From a virus (taxonomy: Duplodnaviria > Heunggongvirae > Uroviricota > Caudoviricetes): 64,000 bases of DNA. Below, in pieces: positions 1-9,554 of this stretch. Location: IMG/VR virus record IMGVR_UViG_644736364_000008; one strand, given 5' to 3'. The stretch's first letter is position 1, and each line of letters starts with the position of its first letter. Below the pieces are notes generated by a model. That model saw only the letters and a list, made by a program, of their open reading frames with translations. It searched no databases and was not told where the DNA came from. The position numbers and the translations under genes are program-made.

Positions 1-483
1 ATGACGAAGAAAAAAGCACATAAACCTGGTTCAGCGACCATCGCGCTTAACAAGCGCGCCCGTCACGAATACTTTATCGAAGAAGAGTTCGAAGCGGGAC
101 TTGCCCTGCAAGGCTGGGAGGTTAAATCCCTGCGCGCAGGAAAAGCCAATATCAGCGACAGCTATGTCCTTCTGCGCGACGGAGAGGCATTTCTGTTTGG
201 CGCTAACATCACGCCAATGGCTGTGGCCTCCACGCATGTGGTGTGCGATCCTACCCGTACCCGCAAGTTACTTCTCAACCAGCGCGAACTGGACTCATTG
301 TACGGTCGCGTCAATCGAGAAGGCTATACCGTAGTGGCGCTCTCCCTGTACTGGAAAAATGCCTGGTGCAAAGTGAAAATCGGCGTCGCCAAAGGTAAGA
401 AACAGCACGATAAACGTTCAGATATCAAAGAACGCGAATGGCAGGTGGATAAAGCGCGTATCATGAAAAATGCCCACCGTTAA
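1..483 (+). CDS. smpB: SsrA-binding protein SmpB
   Basis: 160-aa ORF starting [47 protein letters not shown], recognised as enterobacterial SmpB; sits immediately upstream of tmRNA as in the conserved smpB-ssrA locus. Confidence 0.95.
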
Positions 484-697
484 ACCTATATAAGCGATAC
501 TAATCAAATCCTCACCGCGCCTCCCTATCCGGTGGCGCGAATGAACATCTTATCGACTGTCAAATCTGACACAGATGTAGCCATCCCATTGCTTAATCGA
601 AAAAAAATCATACTATGCAGGCGCTAATTCCAGGATGATAACGCCTTTTGGGCTAGTCATGCTGCTCATAAATCTGGTATACTTACCGTTACACATT

Positions 698-1060
698 GGG
701 GCTGATTCTGGATTCGACGGGATTTGCGAAACCCAAGGTGCATGCCGAGGGGCGGTTGGCCTCGTAAAAAGCCGCAAAAAATAGTCGCAAACGACGAAAA
801 CTACGCTTTAGCAGCTTAATAACCTGCTTAGAGCCCTCTCTCCCTAGCCTCCGCTCTTAGGACGGGGATCAAGAGAGGTCAAACCCAAAAGAGATCGCGT
901 GGAAGCCCTGCCTGGGGTTGAAGCGTTAAAACTTAATCAGGCTAGTTTGTTAGTGGCGTGTCCGTCCGCAGCTGGCAAGCGAATGTAAAGACTGACTAAG
1001 CATGTAGTACCGAGGATGTAGGAATTTCGGACGCGGGTTCAACTCCCGCCAGCTCCACCA
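698..1060 (+). ncRNA. ssrA: tmRNA (transfer-messenger RNA, 363 nt)
   Basis: Begins GGGGCTGATTCTGGATTCGACGGG and ends GGTTCAACTCCCGCCAGCTCCACCA; internal tag-coding region (GCAAACGACGAAAACTACGCTTTAGCAGCTTAA) present; directly downstream of smpB. Confidence 0.93.
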
Positions 1061-1061
1061 A
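1016..1061. repeat. attL: 46-bp direct repeat (3' end of ssrA) flanking the P2-like prophage
   Basis: ATGTAGGAATTTCGGACGCGGGTTCAACTCCCGCCAGCTCCACCAA is repeated exactly at 35112-35157. Confidence 0.8.
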
Positions 1062-1070
1062 ATAAATCAA

Positions 1071-1103
1071 GGGGTTACGTAAAAGCGTAGCCCCTTTTTC
1101 TTT
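1071..1103 (+). terminator. Rho-independent terminator after ssrA
   Basis: GGGGTTACG / CGTAGCCCC stem followed by TTTTTCTTT. Confidence 0.5.
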
Positions 1104-1183
1104 GGTAGTGGCGGCAAAATGGCGACAGACTTTTGCGTCCATCTTGCCTGTCGCCATCTTGAAATCATGCAAAGAGGTTTCAC

Positions 1184-1666
1184 ATGGAAGAACTTCACTT
1201 TGTTTACATCAATGCAAATGGTCGTATCGGAGTTCACTCAATACAGAGCATCAGTTATAGCGAAAATCATATACAGGGCATTTGTAAGAACACCGATCGA
1301 ATAAAAACCTTCCGAAAAGACCGCATTCTTAAACAGTACGATTCACCAGAACAAGCCATTCAGGAATGCGCGTCATTCCTCCCCGAAAACTACTCACATC
1401 TCACTAAGCAGTCTGGTCCGAAAAAAAATACATTCGATGTGTGTTTCACCGGATTTAAGAAAGCAGATAAAGAAAGATTGGTTGATAAGGCGAATGAACA
1501 AGGATTAACGGTAAGAACCTCTGTAACCCAAAGCCTTCAGATGCTCTGTTGCGGTTACAATGCAGGCCCATCAAAAGTATCGGCAGCCAGGATGAAAGGC
1601 ACAATCATCATAGATGAGCCTGGCTTTATACATTTTCTTGAAACGGGTGAGATCCCAGATGAATAA
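1184..1666 (+). CDS. Hypothetical cargo protein with C-terminal BRCT-like domain
   Basis: ATG with AGAGG RBS; C-terminal 75 aa (CFTGFKKADKERLVDKANEQGLTVRTSVTQSLQMLCCGYNAGPSKVSAARMKGTIIIDEPGFIHFLETG) resembles the BRCT domain of NAD-dependent DNA ligase; lies between ogr and attL. Confidence 0.55.
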   Translation: MEELHFVYINANGRIGVHSIQSISYSENHIQGICKNTDRIKTFRKDRILKQYDSPEQAIQECASFLPENYSHLTKQSGPKKNTFDVCFTGFKKADKERLVDKANEQGLTVRTSVTQSLQMLCCGYNAGPSKVSAARMKGTIIIDEPGFIHFLETGEIPDE

Positions 1667-1692
1667 AAACCTGCCGTAGCAGGTTCTCTTTC

Positions 1693-1908
1693 TCAAAAAT
1701 TCATATGCCCCTGACCACCTGGCAATGGATGTGGAGGAGCAGTAGCAATCAGTGCGGGTGTCACAATAAACCGGACCACTGTTTCATGGGTAACAAAAGT
1801 GCTCCCGCAGTTAATATTTTGGCACTGGCAGTAACGCTCTTTGGTGCTTTCAGTTACTTGAAAACTGCTCCTTGTGTGTGCCGCATGACCACACTTTGGA
1901 CAATTCAT
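1693..1908 (-). CDS. ogr: Ogr/Delta-family zinc-finger late transcription activator
   Basis: MNCPKCGHAAHTRSS...TKERYCQCQNINCGSTF...PHPLPGGQ matches P2 Ogr (CxxC...CxxxxC pattern); start taken at internal Met of the 87-aa ORF. Confidence 0.8.
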   Translation of the reverse strand: MNCPKCGHAAHTRSSFQVTESTKERYCQCQNINCGSTFVTHETVVRFIVTPALIATAPPHPLPGGQGHMNF

Positions 1909-1979
1909 CATATCCAGATCCCTACCTTTGCTATCAGAATCATTGTAATGATACACAAAATATCAATATTGAGAACACT

Positions 1980-3080
1980 TTATTCCATTTCAAGATCATC
2001 AATCTTCACTTCGAGTTCAATACTGGTCGTAAAACCATTATCCGGGCTGACGGTATGAGTCAGAGTCGTAATGGTCCATTCCGCATCATCTATCGGTTGT
2101 TTAAAGCCACTAACTTTCACTGGCATTTCCGTGTAAAGATCTGCCCGCCCTTCCGCCAGTTGTAGCGAGAATGACGCAACGCCGCGTTGCAGGCGTTCCC
2201 ACTGCATTTTCGCTGCCCGTTCAGCGTTGCTCCGGTTGGCATAAGTGCGATTAAGTACCAGCACGTTTTCATCCGTACCCACCAGGTAATCGCCCTGCTT
2301 CGCTTCCGGCTCTTTCTTCTGCTTCTTAGTTCTGCGCTTACGCTTCACCGTGGTGCTTTCTTTCTTCGCAGGTTCGCGGGTATGCAACCAGCTGGCAATT
2401 ACGCCCGTGTAGGCTCCGCGATCTGCCAGGGTAAATCGGTGACTGTCGCCGTCCTTGCGTGTGATAGTGATCACTGGCAGAGGTTTACCAGTGGCGCTTT
2501 TGCCCTGCCCCTGCCGGATGAATAACAGATTGCCATTTTTCACCGACGCGATGGCACCGTACTGTCGCGCCAGCCGCATCAGAAAACTGCCGTCACTCTC
2601 ATTAGTCTGGTCTATATGCTCCACGGGCTTATCCGACAGGTCTTTACCCAGTGCCATCTTCAGCTTGTGCCGCGCGGCTATTTCCTTCACCACTTCCCCG
2701 ACGGTGGTCTTATGCCACGATTTTTCACGGCGGGTATTCAGCGTTTCCCGAAAATCAGCACTTCGCGCCCGGATAGTCAGGCGGTCCGGTGCGCCAGTGT
2801 GTTCAATCTCGTCCACTGTGAATGCCCCTTTCGGGAAAAGCGGCTGCCCCTTCCAGCCCAGCGCCAGCGTAATAACCGCACCACGGCGCGGCAGCACGAT
2901 TTTTCCGTCAGCGTCATCCAGCTCCAGATCAAGCTGGTCCGCTTCAAAGCCCCGGTTATCCGTCAGCGTCAAACTCATCAGGCGGTTATCCAGCACAGTG
3001 GTGATATCCCTGCCCTCAATACTGATGCTGAATGCGGGAGTTTTGTTGCCTTTGTTAAGCAGTTCAGAGCTGAAATTCAC
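1980..3080 (-). CDS. Tail protein D (P2 gpD-like)
   Basis: 366-aa ORF at the end of the tail operon, downstream of U and upstream of ogr as in P2. Confidence 0.85.
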   Translation of the reverse strand: MNFSSELLNKGNKTPAFSISIEGRDITTVLDNRLMSLTLTDNRGFEADQLDLELDDADGKIVLPRRGAVITLALGWKGQPLFPKGAFTVDEIEHTGAPDRLTIRARSADFRETLNTRREKSWHKTTVGEVVKEIAARHKLKMALGKDLSDKPVEHIDQTNESDGSFLMRLARQYGAIASVKNGNLLFIRQGQGKSATGKPLPVITITRKDGDSHRFTLADRGAYTGVIASWLHTREPAKKESTTVKRKRRTKKQKKEPEAKQGDYLVGTDENVLVLNRTYANRSNAERAAKMQWERLQRGVASFSLQLAEGRADLYTEMPVKVSGFKQPIDDAEWTITTLTHTVSPDNGFTTSIELEVKIDDLEME

Positions 3081-3562
3081 GACAGCAGCCCTCCCACCGT
3101 TTTACTGATATCGCTTAAGGCAGACGTTGCCGTGTCCTGCAGATTATTCAGTTGCGCACTGAGATCACCGAACATATCGGACAGGGATTCATCCACTCGT
3201 TTGAGCGACAGGGTGAACTCAATCCGGCGCGGCATACCGTCGCGGAAAAACTCCGTTTTAGTCTGATTCAGTCCCTCAATCACATACATGCCGTAAATCG
3301 TGCCGCTGCCTTCAATCAGGGGCCATGCTTTCCCCTGTTCTGCCATCTGCTCCAGTGCCAGCAACGACAGCCTGCCGCCTGTTATTTCCGGCATAAGAAC
3401 ACCGGAAAGCGTCAGCATGTCGTTTTCCGGTCCCAGAAACTGCGTGGACGGACGTCGGTTTACCCGACTGTTTGCCGCATGTCGCCAGCTGCGTTGATAC
3501 TGCAGTTCCTGATACGGAACGGTGCGCAGCATAAACACGTACAATCCCAGCACCATCATCAT
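3077..3562 (-). CDS. Tail protein U (P2 gpU-like)
   Basis: 161-aa ORF between tape measure and gpD, overlapping 4 bp with each neighbour. Confidence 0.8.
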   Translation of the reverse strand: MMMVLGLYVFMLRTVPYQELQYQRSWRHAANSRVNRRPSTQFLGPENDMLTLSGVLMPEITGGRLSLLALEQMAEQGKAWPLIEGSGTIYGMYVIEGLNQTKTEFFRDGMPRRIEFTLSLKRVDESLSDMFGDLSAQLNNLQDTATSALSDISKTVGGLLS

Positions 3563-6500
3563 GCGTCGTATCCCCCCTGATCGCTGTAGTTACTCCTGGC
3601 TTTTGCCTTCAGCCTGCGTTCACGTTCATCAAGCTGGCGTGCCACCTCCCGCGCAATATCCTGCGCACTTTGTCCTGGCTGCGTCTGAATGATGATCTGC
3701 GTCGGTGCCTCAATCCGTTGAACGAGTGGCACAGTGGCTGCGCGACTCACAATTGCTTCTCCACCTTTCGCGGGAAGTGCCAAGGGGTGCAACGGTGGAA
3801 GCTCTGCTGGCGCGGCAGCAACGCCCATCATTCCGGCAACAACGGCAGCCAGTGCAGCTGTATTTCTCCGGCTGGTCACATTTGCCGGGCCGTTAACAAT
3901 TTCCGGCCCGTTTTCACCGACGATGCCAAACTGCCCGCGCGGGATATACCCGCCGCTGTCATACATCCCCGCAAAGCCATATCCCCATGATGGAAAACCA
4001 CCCGATGGCATCATCACTTTACCGTCTGCATTCACCGTCGCAGGTTGCTGACGCGTCACGCTTTCCGGCAGTTTTGCCTTTGCGGCCTCTTTACTGACAA
4101 TGCCGAGCTTCTCCAGCAACCAGGAAACGCCGGATTTCAGGGAGTCCAGCGGATGCATGACCATATTCAGCCCTTCCGCCAGTGCCTCCCCGAATCGCCG
4201 CCCCATTGCCGCTGCGCTCTGCAGTTCGGCAGAGGTCGACTTAACGGGCGTCAGTAGATCAGTAAACCAGCCCCACAGCGCCTGCACTTTGTCGCCAATC
4301 CACTGGAACACGGGCTTAAGCGGTTCGAACGCTGCACTGATGGGACCTGCCGCCGCTTTGAATCCTTCCACCACGCCACCGAGAAATGCGGTGATAGGTT
4401 GCCAGTATTTCCAGACAACCAGCGCCACGCCCGCCAGTGCAGTAACCACAAGACCTATCGGACTGAGCAGAGCACCTAACAGACCAGATATGGCATACAG
4501 GGCAACGCGCAGCATCGCCAGTGGACCAGATGCCAGTACTCGCAGCACCGTGCCTGCGGCGGCCAGTCCACCGCGCAGTACCGCCAGAGGATTCATAAAC
4601 ATCACAGCAACAGCACGTAAACCGGATAATCCAGACCGCAAAAGTGCAACCGGCGCACCTGCTACAGTTTTCAGGACATTTCCCGTCAGTGATGCCGTGC
4701 GGCGCAAAGACGACAACGGCGCAGTAAGTAAACCTGCGGCGTTGCCCGATGAAGCAAGCCCGCGTCGCAGCAGTGCCAGTGGTGCGCCAGCCAGCCAGGA
4801 CAACGCGCTGCTGGTTCGAGTTACTGCTGCCGTAACGGAAGATAACGTTTTGATACCCAACACAGAGAATCCCAGACGGATCACTGCCAGCGGCCCCAGC
4901 ACTGCAGCCAGCGCCACCGCTAAGGTGCCGAGGCCGACGGTAACCGCAGCCACAACAGCCGATGCTTTCATCAGTGTGCCTGTCAGTTCCGGGTTAGCTT
5001 CCACCCAGCGACGCAACGCCCCCGTGACGCTTTTCACCGTGTACAGAATATCCATCAGCGGCTGGCGCAGCGTTTCGCCCAGGCTGCTGAAGGTGTTCTG
5101 CGCTCCGGTTTTGACCAGCAACCACTGCGCAGAAAGTGAATCCTTGTTAATGTCGGATTCTTTCTGCATGGAGCCAAGCGCATCATTGCCCGCTGTCAGT
5201 TTTAACTGACGCTGCAGTTCCGGCAGGTTGTTTGCCAGTTTCGCCGCGTCATCGCCAAACTCTTTACCAAACAACATAGTCATGGCAGACAGGCGCTTGT
5301 CCTGCGGCAGCGCGTTTACCTTCTCCAGCACGCGCTGGATGGTTCCCATCGCATCCTTCGTCATCTGCTTTTCAATCACTTCAGGATTGAGTTTCAGCAG
5401 ATTCATCCCTTCAAAGAAACTCTTGCTTTGCATGGTGGCAATGGACAATTCACGCACCATCGCGTTTGCTGCACTGGCTGCAACCTCTGGCGCAGCGCCC
5501 AGTGTCAGGAAGGTGGAACCCAGCGCCGCCGCTTTACGATAATCCAGACGGTCAGCCACACCGCCCAGACGTTGCATCACATCAATGATGTCTGCCCCTT
5601 TCGACATGGCGTTATCATCCAGATAGTTCAGCGCATCACCGAGCTGTTCAATATTGCGGGTGGGGATTTTGTAGAGCTGGGCGATTTTCCCCAGACTTTC
5701 TGACAGTTCATCCGCTGGCAGCTCAAAGGCTGTTGCCGCCTTTGCTGCCGTACTGGCGAAGGCCAGCAGGTCACGTTTCTGATCTTCCCAGCTGTCGTCA
5801 GGGTTTGCGACGTTCATGCGCGCACCACCTTCAACCAGTGCAGCGAAGTCCACCGCACCGTTTTCCATCGGCAACTGTTCGCTGGCAGCCTTGATGGCAT
5901 CCTGCATTTCATAAAAACGTGCAGTGCGGTTGCCATTATCGTCACGCAGACCACTGACCTGCTTTGCCACACCTTTCATGGCATCTTCCATGCTGGTATA
6001 GCTTTTTACTGCCGCCATCACTGGCGCACCCATTGCCAGCCCTGCAGCCGTGGTGGTGGCTCCGGCACCTGCAATACGATCACGCACCTCCAGCGAACGG
6101 GCATAACTGGCACGCGCTGCATTCATCCTGCGCTGAGCTTCCCCCAGTCGCTTCAGCCGCGCCTCCTGTTTCGAAAGTTCCTGGTTATAACGTGATGTTT
6201 CACGGGCTAAACGGGCAGTTGCTCCCGCATCGTCTTTCGCAGAAATTCCCGCCCGGTACAGTTCAGCACGCACAAGCGCCGTCTGCCGCTGCAGCTTTTT
6301 CTGGCGTTCTTCCAGGCGCTGAACAGCCAGCCGTTGACGGCCCAGAGCAACAACCTGACGTTGCGAAGGCGGCCCCATCGCTCCCAGTTCCTGACTGAGC
6401 AAATTTGCACGCTGGCGGGCATAGTTCAGCCTGTCGCCTAATTTCTGATTTTCTGCCTGCAGCTTTCGGAAGCTGTCCAGACTGCTCCCGGCCTGATCAA

Positions 6501-6636
6501 GCTGCTTTATTGCATCGCGGGATTTTTTGACAGCAGCAGCCAGTTCTCTTGAACTGGCCTGCGCAGATCGAAATGGGCGGGTGAGCTTGTCAACCGCATT
6601 AAGAATGACCTGCAGACGCAGGTTGTTATCACTCAT
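3559..6636 (-). CDS. Tail tape measure protein (P2 gpT-like)
   Basis: 1025-aa ORF with Ala/Gly-rich hydrophobic repeats and coiled-coil N-terminus, downstream of E. Confidence 0.85.
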   Translation of the reverse strand: MSDNNLRLQVILNAVDKLTRPFRSAQASSRELAAAVKKSRDAIKQLDQAGSSLDSFRKLQAENQKLGDRLNYARQRANLLSQELGAMGPPSQRQVVALGRQRLAVQRLEERQKKLQRQTALVRAELYRAGISAKDDAGATARLARETSRYNQELSKQEARLKRLGEAQRRMNAARASYARSLEVRDRIAGAGATTTAAGLAMGAPVMAAVKSYTSMEDAMKGVAKQVSGLRDDNGNRTARFYEMQDAIKAASEQLPMENGAVDFAALVEGGARMNVANPDDSWEDQKRDLLAFASTAAKAATAFELPADELSESLGKIAQLYKIPTRNIEQLGDALNYLDDNAMSKGADIIDVMQRLGGVADRLDYRKAAALGSTFLTLGAAPEVAASAANAMVRELSIATMQSKSFFEGMNLLKLNPEVIEKQMTKDAMGTIQRVLEKVNALPQDKRLSAMTMLFGKEFGDDAAKLANNLPELQRQLKLTAGNDALGSMQKESDINKDSLSAQWLLVKTGAQNTFSSLGETLRQPLMDILYTVKSVTGALRRWVEANPELTGTLMKASAVVAAVTVGLGTLAVALAAVLGPLAVIRLGFSVLGIKTLSSVTAAVTRTSSALSWLAGAPLALLRRGLASSGNAAGLLTAPLSSLRRTASLTGNVLKTVAGAPVALLRSGLSGLRAVAVMFMNPLAVLRGGLAAAGTVLRVLASGPLAMLRVALYAISGLLGALLSPIGLVVTALAGVALVVWKYWQPITAFLGGVVEGFKAAAGPISAAFEPLKPVFQWIGDKVQALWGWFTDLLTPVKSTSAELQSAAAMGRRFGEALAEGLNMVMHPLDSLKSGVSWLLEKLGIVSKEAAKAKLPESVTRQQPATVNADGKVMMPSGGFPSWGYGFAGMYDSGGYIPRGQFGIVGENGPEIVNGPANVTSRRNTAALAAVVAGMMGVAAAPAELPPLHPLALPAKGGEAIVSRAATVPLVQRIEAPTQIIIQTQPGQSAQDIAREVARQLDERERRLKAKARSNYSDQGGYDA

Positions 6637-6762
6637 CGTTGGCCCCGCTTCTCTGAATCGCTTTATACCGCCATTCCAGCACTTCGGTCAGCGGCATAAC
6701 GTCAGTAACGGATGGCGGCCAGTGAAAAATGGTGGCGATATCTGCCACCAGATCGTCAACCG

Positions 6763-7065
6763 TCAGGCTGTCGGTAAACCGGCAAGCACCGACTTCTTCA
6801 ATAAAAAAGTGACAACCTCAACCGACATGGCAGTGAGATCTGCCGGGTCCATCTCTGCAATTTCCTGTGCAGTCAGTGCCGGACTGGAGATGCGGGAGAT
6901 CACGGTCATCATCGCGTTTACATCCATATCCATAATGGCCTGCAGGCGTGTACCGCGCAGCGCACCGGACTGCGGTTTACGCAGCACAATTTCGGTGATT
7001 TCTGTTTTACCGCGCTTGATGGGGGTATCCAGTTGAATGGTCTTTTCAGTCTGCTTATCGCTCAT
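6763..7065 (-). CDS. Tail assembly chaperone E (P2 gpE-like), with likely -1 frameshift extension E'
   Basis: 100-aa ORF between tail tube and tape measure; slippery T TTT TTA heptamer near its 3' end and a 126-bp apparently non-coding gap before T. Confidence 0.75.
   Translation of the reverse strand: MSDKQTEKTIQLDTPIKRGKTEITEIVLRKPQSGALRGTRLQAIMDMDVNAMMTVISRISSPALTAQEIAEMDPADLTAMSVEVVTFLLKKSVLAGLPTA
6802..6808 (-). other. Candidate -1 programmed frameshift site (TTTTTTA) for E+E'
   Basis: Heptamer in XXXYYYZ register of gene E codons ACT TTT TTA, 13 codons before the E stop; P2 E/E' uses the same mechanism. Confidence 0.5.
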
Positions 7066-7119
7066 TTTGCTGTCCTGTCAATTGGGTTCTGGCGCGGTAT
7101 CCCGCGCCGTTCAGATATA

Positions 7120-7635
7120 TCAGAGGCCGAGGGCGTTGCGGTGCGCTTCCATCAGGTCCACACCGTCCACAATTTCCACCATGTTGATAAGGTCCACTTC
7201 ATAGAGCACCTCACCATTGATGGTCAGCTTCGCGTAGCTGTTGGTACTGGTCACTTTGGTGGTGTTGCTTTCGCCCGTCTTCCACTCGCCGGAATCCACT
7301 TCTTTGTGACGTCCACGCACGACAAGCTCCACGGCCTGCACTTCCCCGGTATCGTCACGCTGAATAGAGCCGGTAAAGCGCAGCTGGATGCCATCCACCG
7401 TGGCTTTACCCATCTGTTTAAACAGCAGCAATTCAGTACCACCAATGGAAAATTCTGTGTCCAGCGCACTGTCATCAAGCCCCAGATCCACATCCACCGC
7501 ACCCGGCATTCCGCCGCCGCGATACTTCTCATATTTGCGGGTAAATTTCGGCAGCGTCAGCGACTCAACGATCCCCTGCCAGTTGTTCCCGTCGTTAAAC
7601 AGGTTCAGGTGTTTTAATTTGCGTGGTAAAGCCAT
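7120..7635 (-). CDS. Tail tube protein (P2 FII-like)
   Basis: 171-aa ORF directly downstream of the sheath gene. Confidence 0.85.
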   Translation of the reverse strand: MALPRKLKHLNLFNDGNNWQGIVESLTLPKFTRKYEKYRGGGMPGAVDVDLGLDDSALDTEFSIGGTELLLFKQMGKATVDGIQLRFTGSIQRDDTGEVQAVELVVRGRHKEVDSGEWKTGESNTTKVTSTNSYAKLTINGEVLYEVDLINMVEIVDGVDLMEAHRNALGL

Positions 7636-7644
7636 GTTGTCCCC

Positions 7645-8817
7645 TTACGCGCTGACCTGGCTGGCGAAATTCACCAGGTACTGATCGGTGATGCGCTGAC
7701 GCAGCATCAGGTTTTCAAGTGGCGGCACTGGCGTGTAGTCGTAGTCGATGGTGAGTTTTCCGGCTTTCAGCGTGTCTTTGTCGTTCACCGACTCATCCAG
7801 CCAGCAATCACCACCAATGAGATAGCCCTGACTGACCAGGCTGCGCATTTTGGCGCGGATACCTTCGATAATGTCGCGGGCCAGCGACGGGTTAAGCGGT
7901 TTATCCACCGCCCACATGTGTGCTTCTGCCATCGTGTCCATCAGCACCTGCGCCGTGCGGGTGTAGTTTTCGAAGGCAAAGAGCGGGTCATCACTCAGGC
8001 AGCGGGAACCCCAGAAGCGGAAACCGTCTTTACGCACAAGCGTGGTGACGTCGTTCTGGTTCAGCAGACCTGCATCGGTTGCCGGGTCCTGCAGATCCCA
8101 GAACACATCTGCAGAAATTCCGGTGACACCGTTCACGCCCACGTTGGACAGGCTTTTGTGCCATCCGGTCTGCTCGTCAATTTTGGCGCGCAGACCAAGC
8201 GCACGGGCGGTGGCATATGCCGTTGCTTCGGCATTCAGCACCGTGTCCCAGCCAGTAAAGTCAGGCCAGATCAGCATCCCTTCGCGCTGGCTGAAGTTTT
8301 CACGGTAAGTGATCGCCTCCTGTATCGTCTTGCAGCCATACGCTGACAGGTAAGCAAACCCACGCAGGCTTTGCGCCACGCTCAGCAACTCAGTAGCTAC
8401 CGCCTTGGTGTCGTGACCAGGTACACCCAGAATGCGCGGTTTAACGCCGAGCTGTGACTGGGCAGATAACAGGGCTTTCATACCTGTTTTTTTACCTTCA
8501 GCAGTCACTGCGCCGATGATATTGGTCGTGGTTTCGTCTTCCGTTTCACCCTGCGGCACACGCACAACAACGGTCACGGGTTTTGCCTGGTCAGCGATGG
8601 CATCCAGCGAACGGGCCAGCGTGCCGGACTCACCCGCTTTACCGCTGGCAGTCAGCACATCAGTGATCAGTACGGGTTTATTAAGAGGAAACATTTTTGC
8701 ATCGGCATCATCGCCCGTGCAGACCATGCCCACGATGGCGGTGCTCACCGTGGTAATGGATCGGGTGCCTTCGTTGACTTCAACAACGCGCACCCCGTGG
8801 TGGTAATCCTGAGCCAT
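7645..8817 (-). CDS. Contractile tail sheath protein (P2 FI-like)
   Basis: 390-aa ORF starting [21 protein letters not shown], first gene of the FI-FII-E-T-U-D operon. Confidence 0.9.
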   Translation of the reverse strand: MAQDYHHGVRVVEVNEGTRSITTVSTAIVGMVCTGDDADAKMFPLNKPVLITDVLTASGKAGESGTLARSLDAIADQAKPVTVVVRVPQGETEDETTTNIIGAVTAEGKKTGMKALLSAQSQLGVKPRILGVPGHDTKAVATELLSVAQSLRGFAYLSAYGCKTIQEAITYRENFSQREGMLIWPDFTGWDTVLNAEATAYATARALGLRAKIDEQTGWHKSLSNVGVNGVTGISADVFWDLQDPATDAGLLNQNDVTTLVRKDGFRFWGSRCLSDDPLFAFENYTRTAQVLMDTMAEAHMWAVDKPLNPSLARDIIEGIRAKMRSLVSQGYLIGGDCWLDESVNDKDTLKAGKLTIDYDYTPVPPLENLMLRQRITDQYLVNFASQVSA

Positions 8818-8951
8818 AAGGCAGTCTCTCCGGTTGTAGAGGGGGTCTGCCTATGTTCTGGTTGATACACGCAGGGTGCACGCGATGGGTTTTGTATGGA
8901 AAATGGCACAACGACGGGGCGAAAAAATCCCCGCAGGCGCGGGGCAGGAAT

Positions 8952-9554
8952 TTAAATTTCTGGTAGTTTGGGCCAGTTAATATCAGGGGCTGTGCTGATA
9001 TCTATTGCTGCTACCACGTCGATATAGTCAAGAACGGAATCGAGCTTTACTGTTTCTTCCGCAGTTAATTTTCTTCCCGCCTGCAATTTTAGTTGAATCA
9101 GAACAATGGAAGACATGGCATCATCAATCAGTGACTGGCGTTGCAGTTCAGCCCCTTCCACTGCTGCGTTATGTTGCGCTTTGGTATCCGTCACCCATTT
9201 CTCACCATCCCACTTATCGTATGGTGTTAACGGAGCAATAGTGGTTGTCTTTTCAGGGTAATCTCCCGGCACTGTGATTTCTTTTGAGTCCCCCGTTTCG
9301 GTGTTATAGACGATTTCACCGCGATGGTCTGGCACATATTCCCATGATCTCAAATCCAGAGTTCGACAGGACACATAACCTGACTTATATGAACCAGGAG
9401 CATCTAAACACGAATGTGCGGGAATACCGACGCCAACAGCAAGATATTCAGTTGATTCAGAAATATATTCCCGTGTTTCACCATCATAGTTATAGACGGT
9501 AATATTCCCCGCCTTCGTGGCAATAAGTTCGCTATTTAATACGGCTTTATCCAT
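8952..9554 (-). CDS. Tail fibre assembly protein (P2 gpG-like)
   Basis: 200-aa ORF downstream of the tail fibre gene; about 85 percent identical to the second copy at 41993-42595. Confidence 0.8.
   Translation of the reverse strand: MDKAVLNSELIATKAGNITVYNYDGETREYISESTEYLAVGVGIPAHSCLDAPGSYKSGYVSCRTLDLRSWEYVPDHRGEIVYNTETGDSKEITVPGDYPEKTTTIAPLTPYDKWDGEKWVTDTKAQHNAAVEGAELQRQSLIDDAMSSIVLIQLKLQAGRKLTAEETVKLDSVLDYIDVVAAIDISTAPDINWPKLPEI

Noticed and set aside
484-697. Distinct ssrA promoter elements
   Set aside because: A TATACT hexamer lies upstream of the mature 5' end, but I could not assign a convincing -35 element or spacing by eye; left unannotated.
4100-5209. 369-aa plus-strand ORF (and neighbours 3670-4051, 5228-5703) lying inside the tape measure gene
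   Set aside because: Entirely antisense to a 1025-aa gene with strong synteny support; the products are Ala/Pro/Ser/Arg-rich low-complexity sequences typical of GC-rich antisense frames.
8818-8951. Cargo gene at the P2 Z/fun position between G and FI
   Set aside because: The interval is only 134 bp and contains a terminator-like hairpin (CCCCGCGCCTGCGGGG plus T-run on the minus strand) and presumably the FI operon promoter; no ORF.
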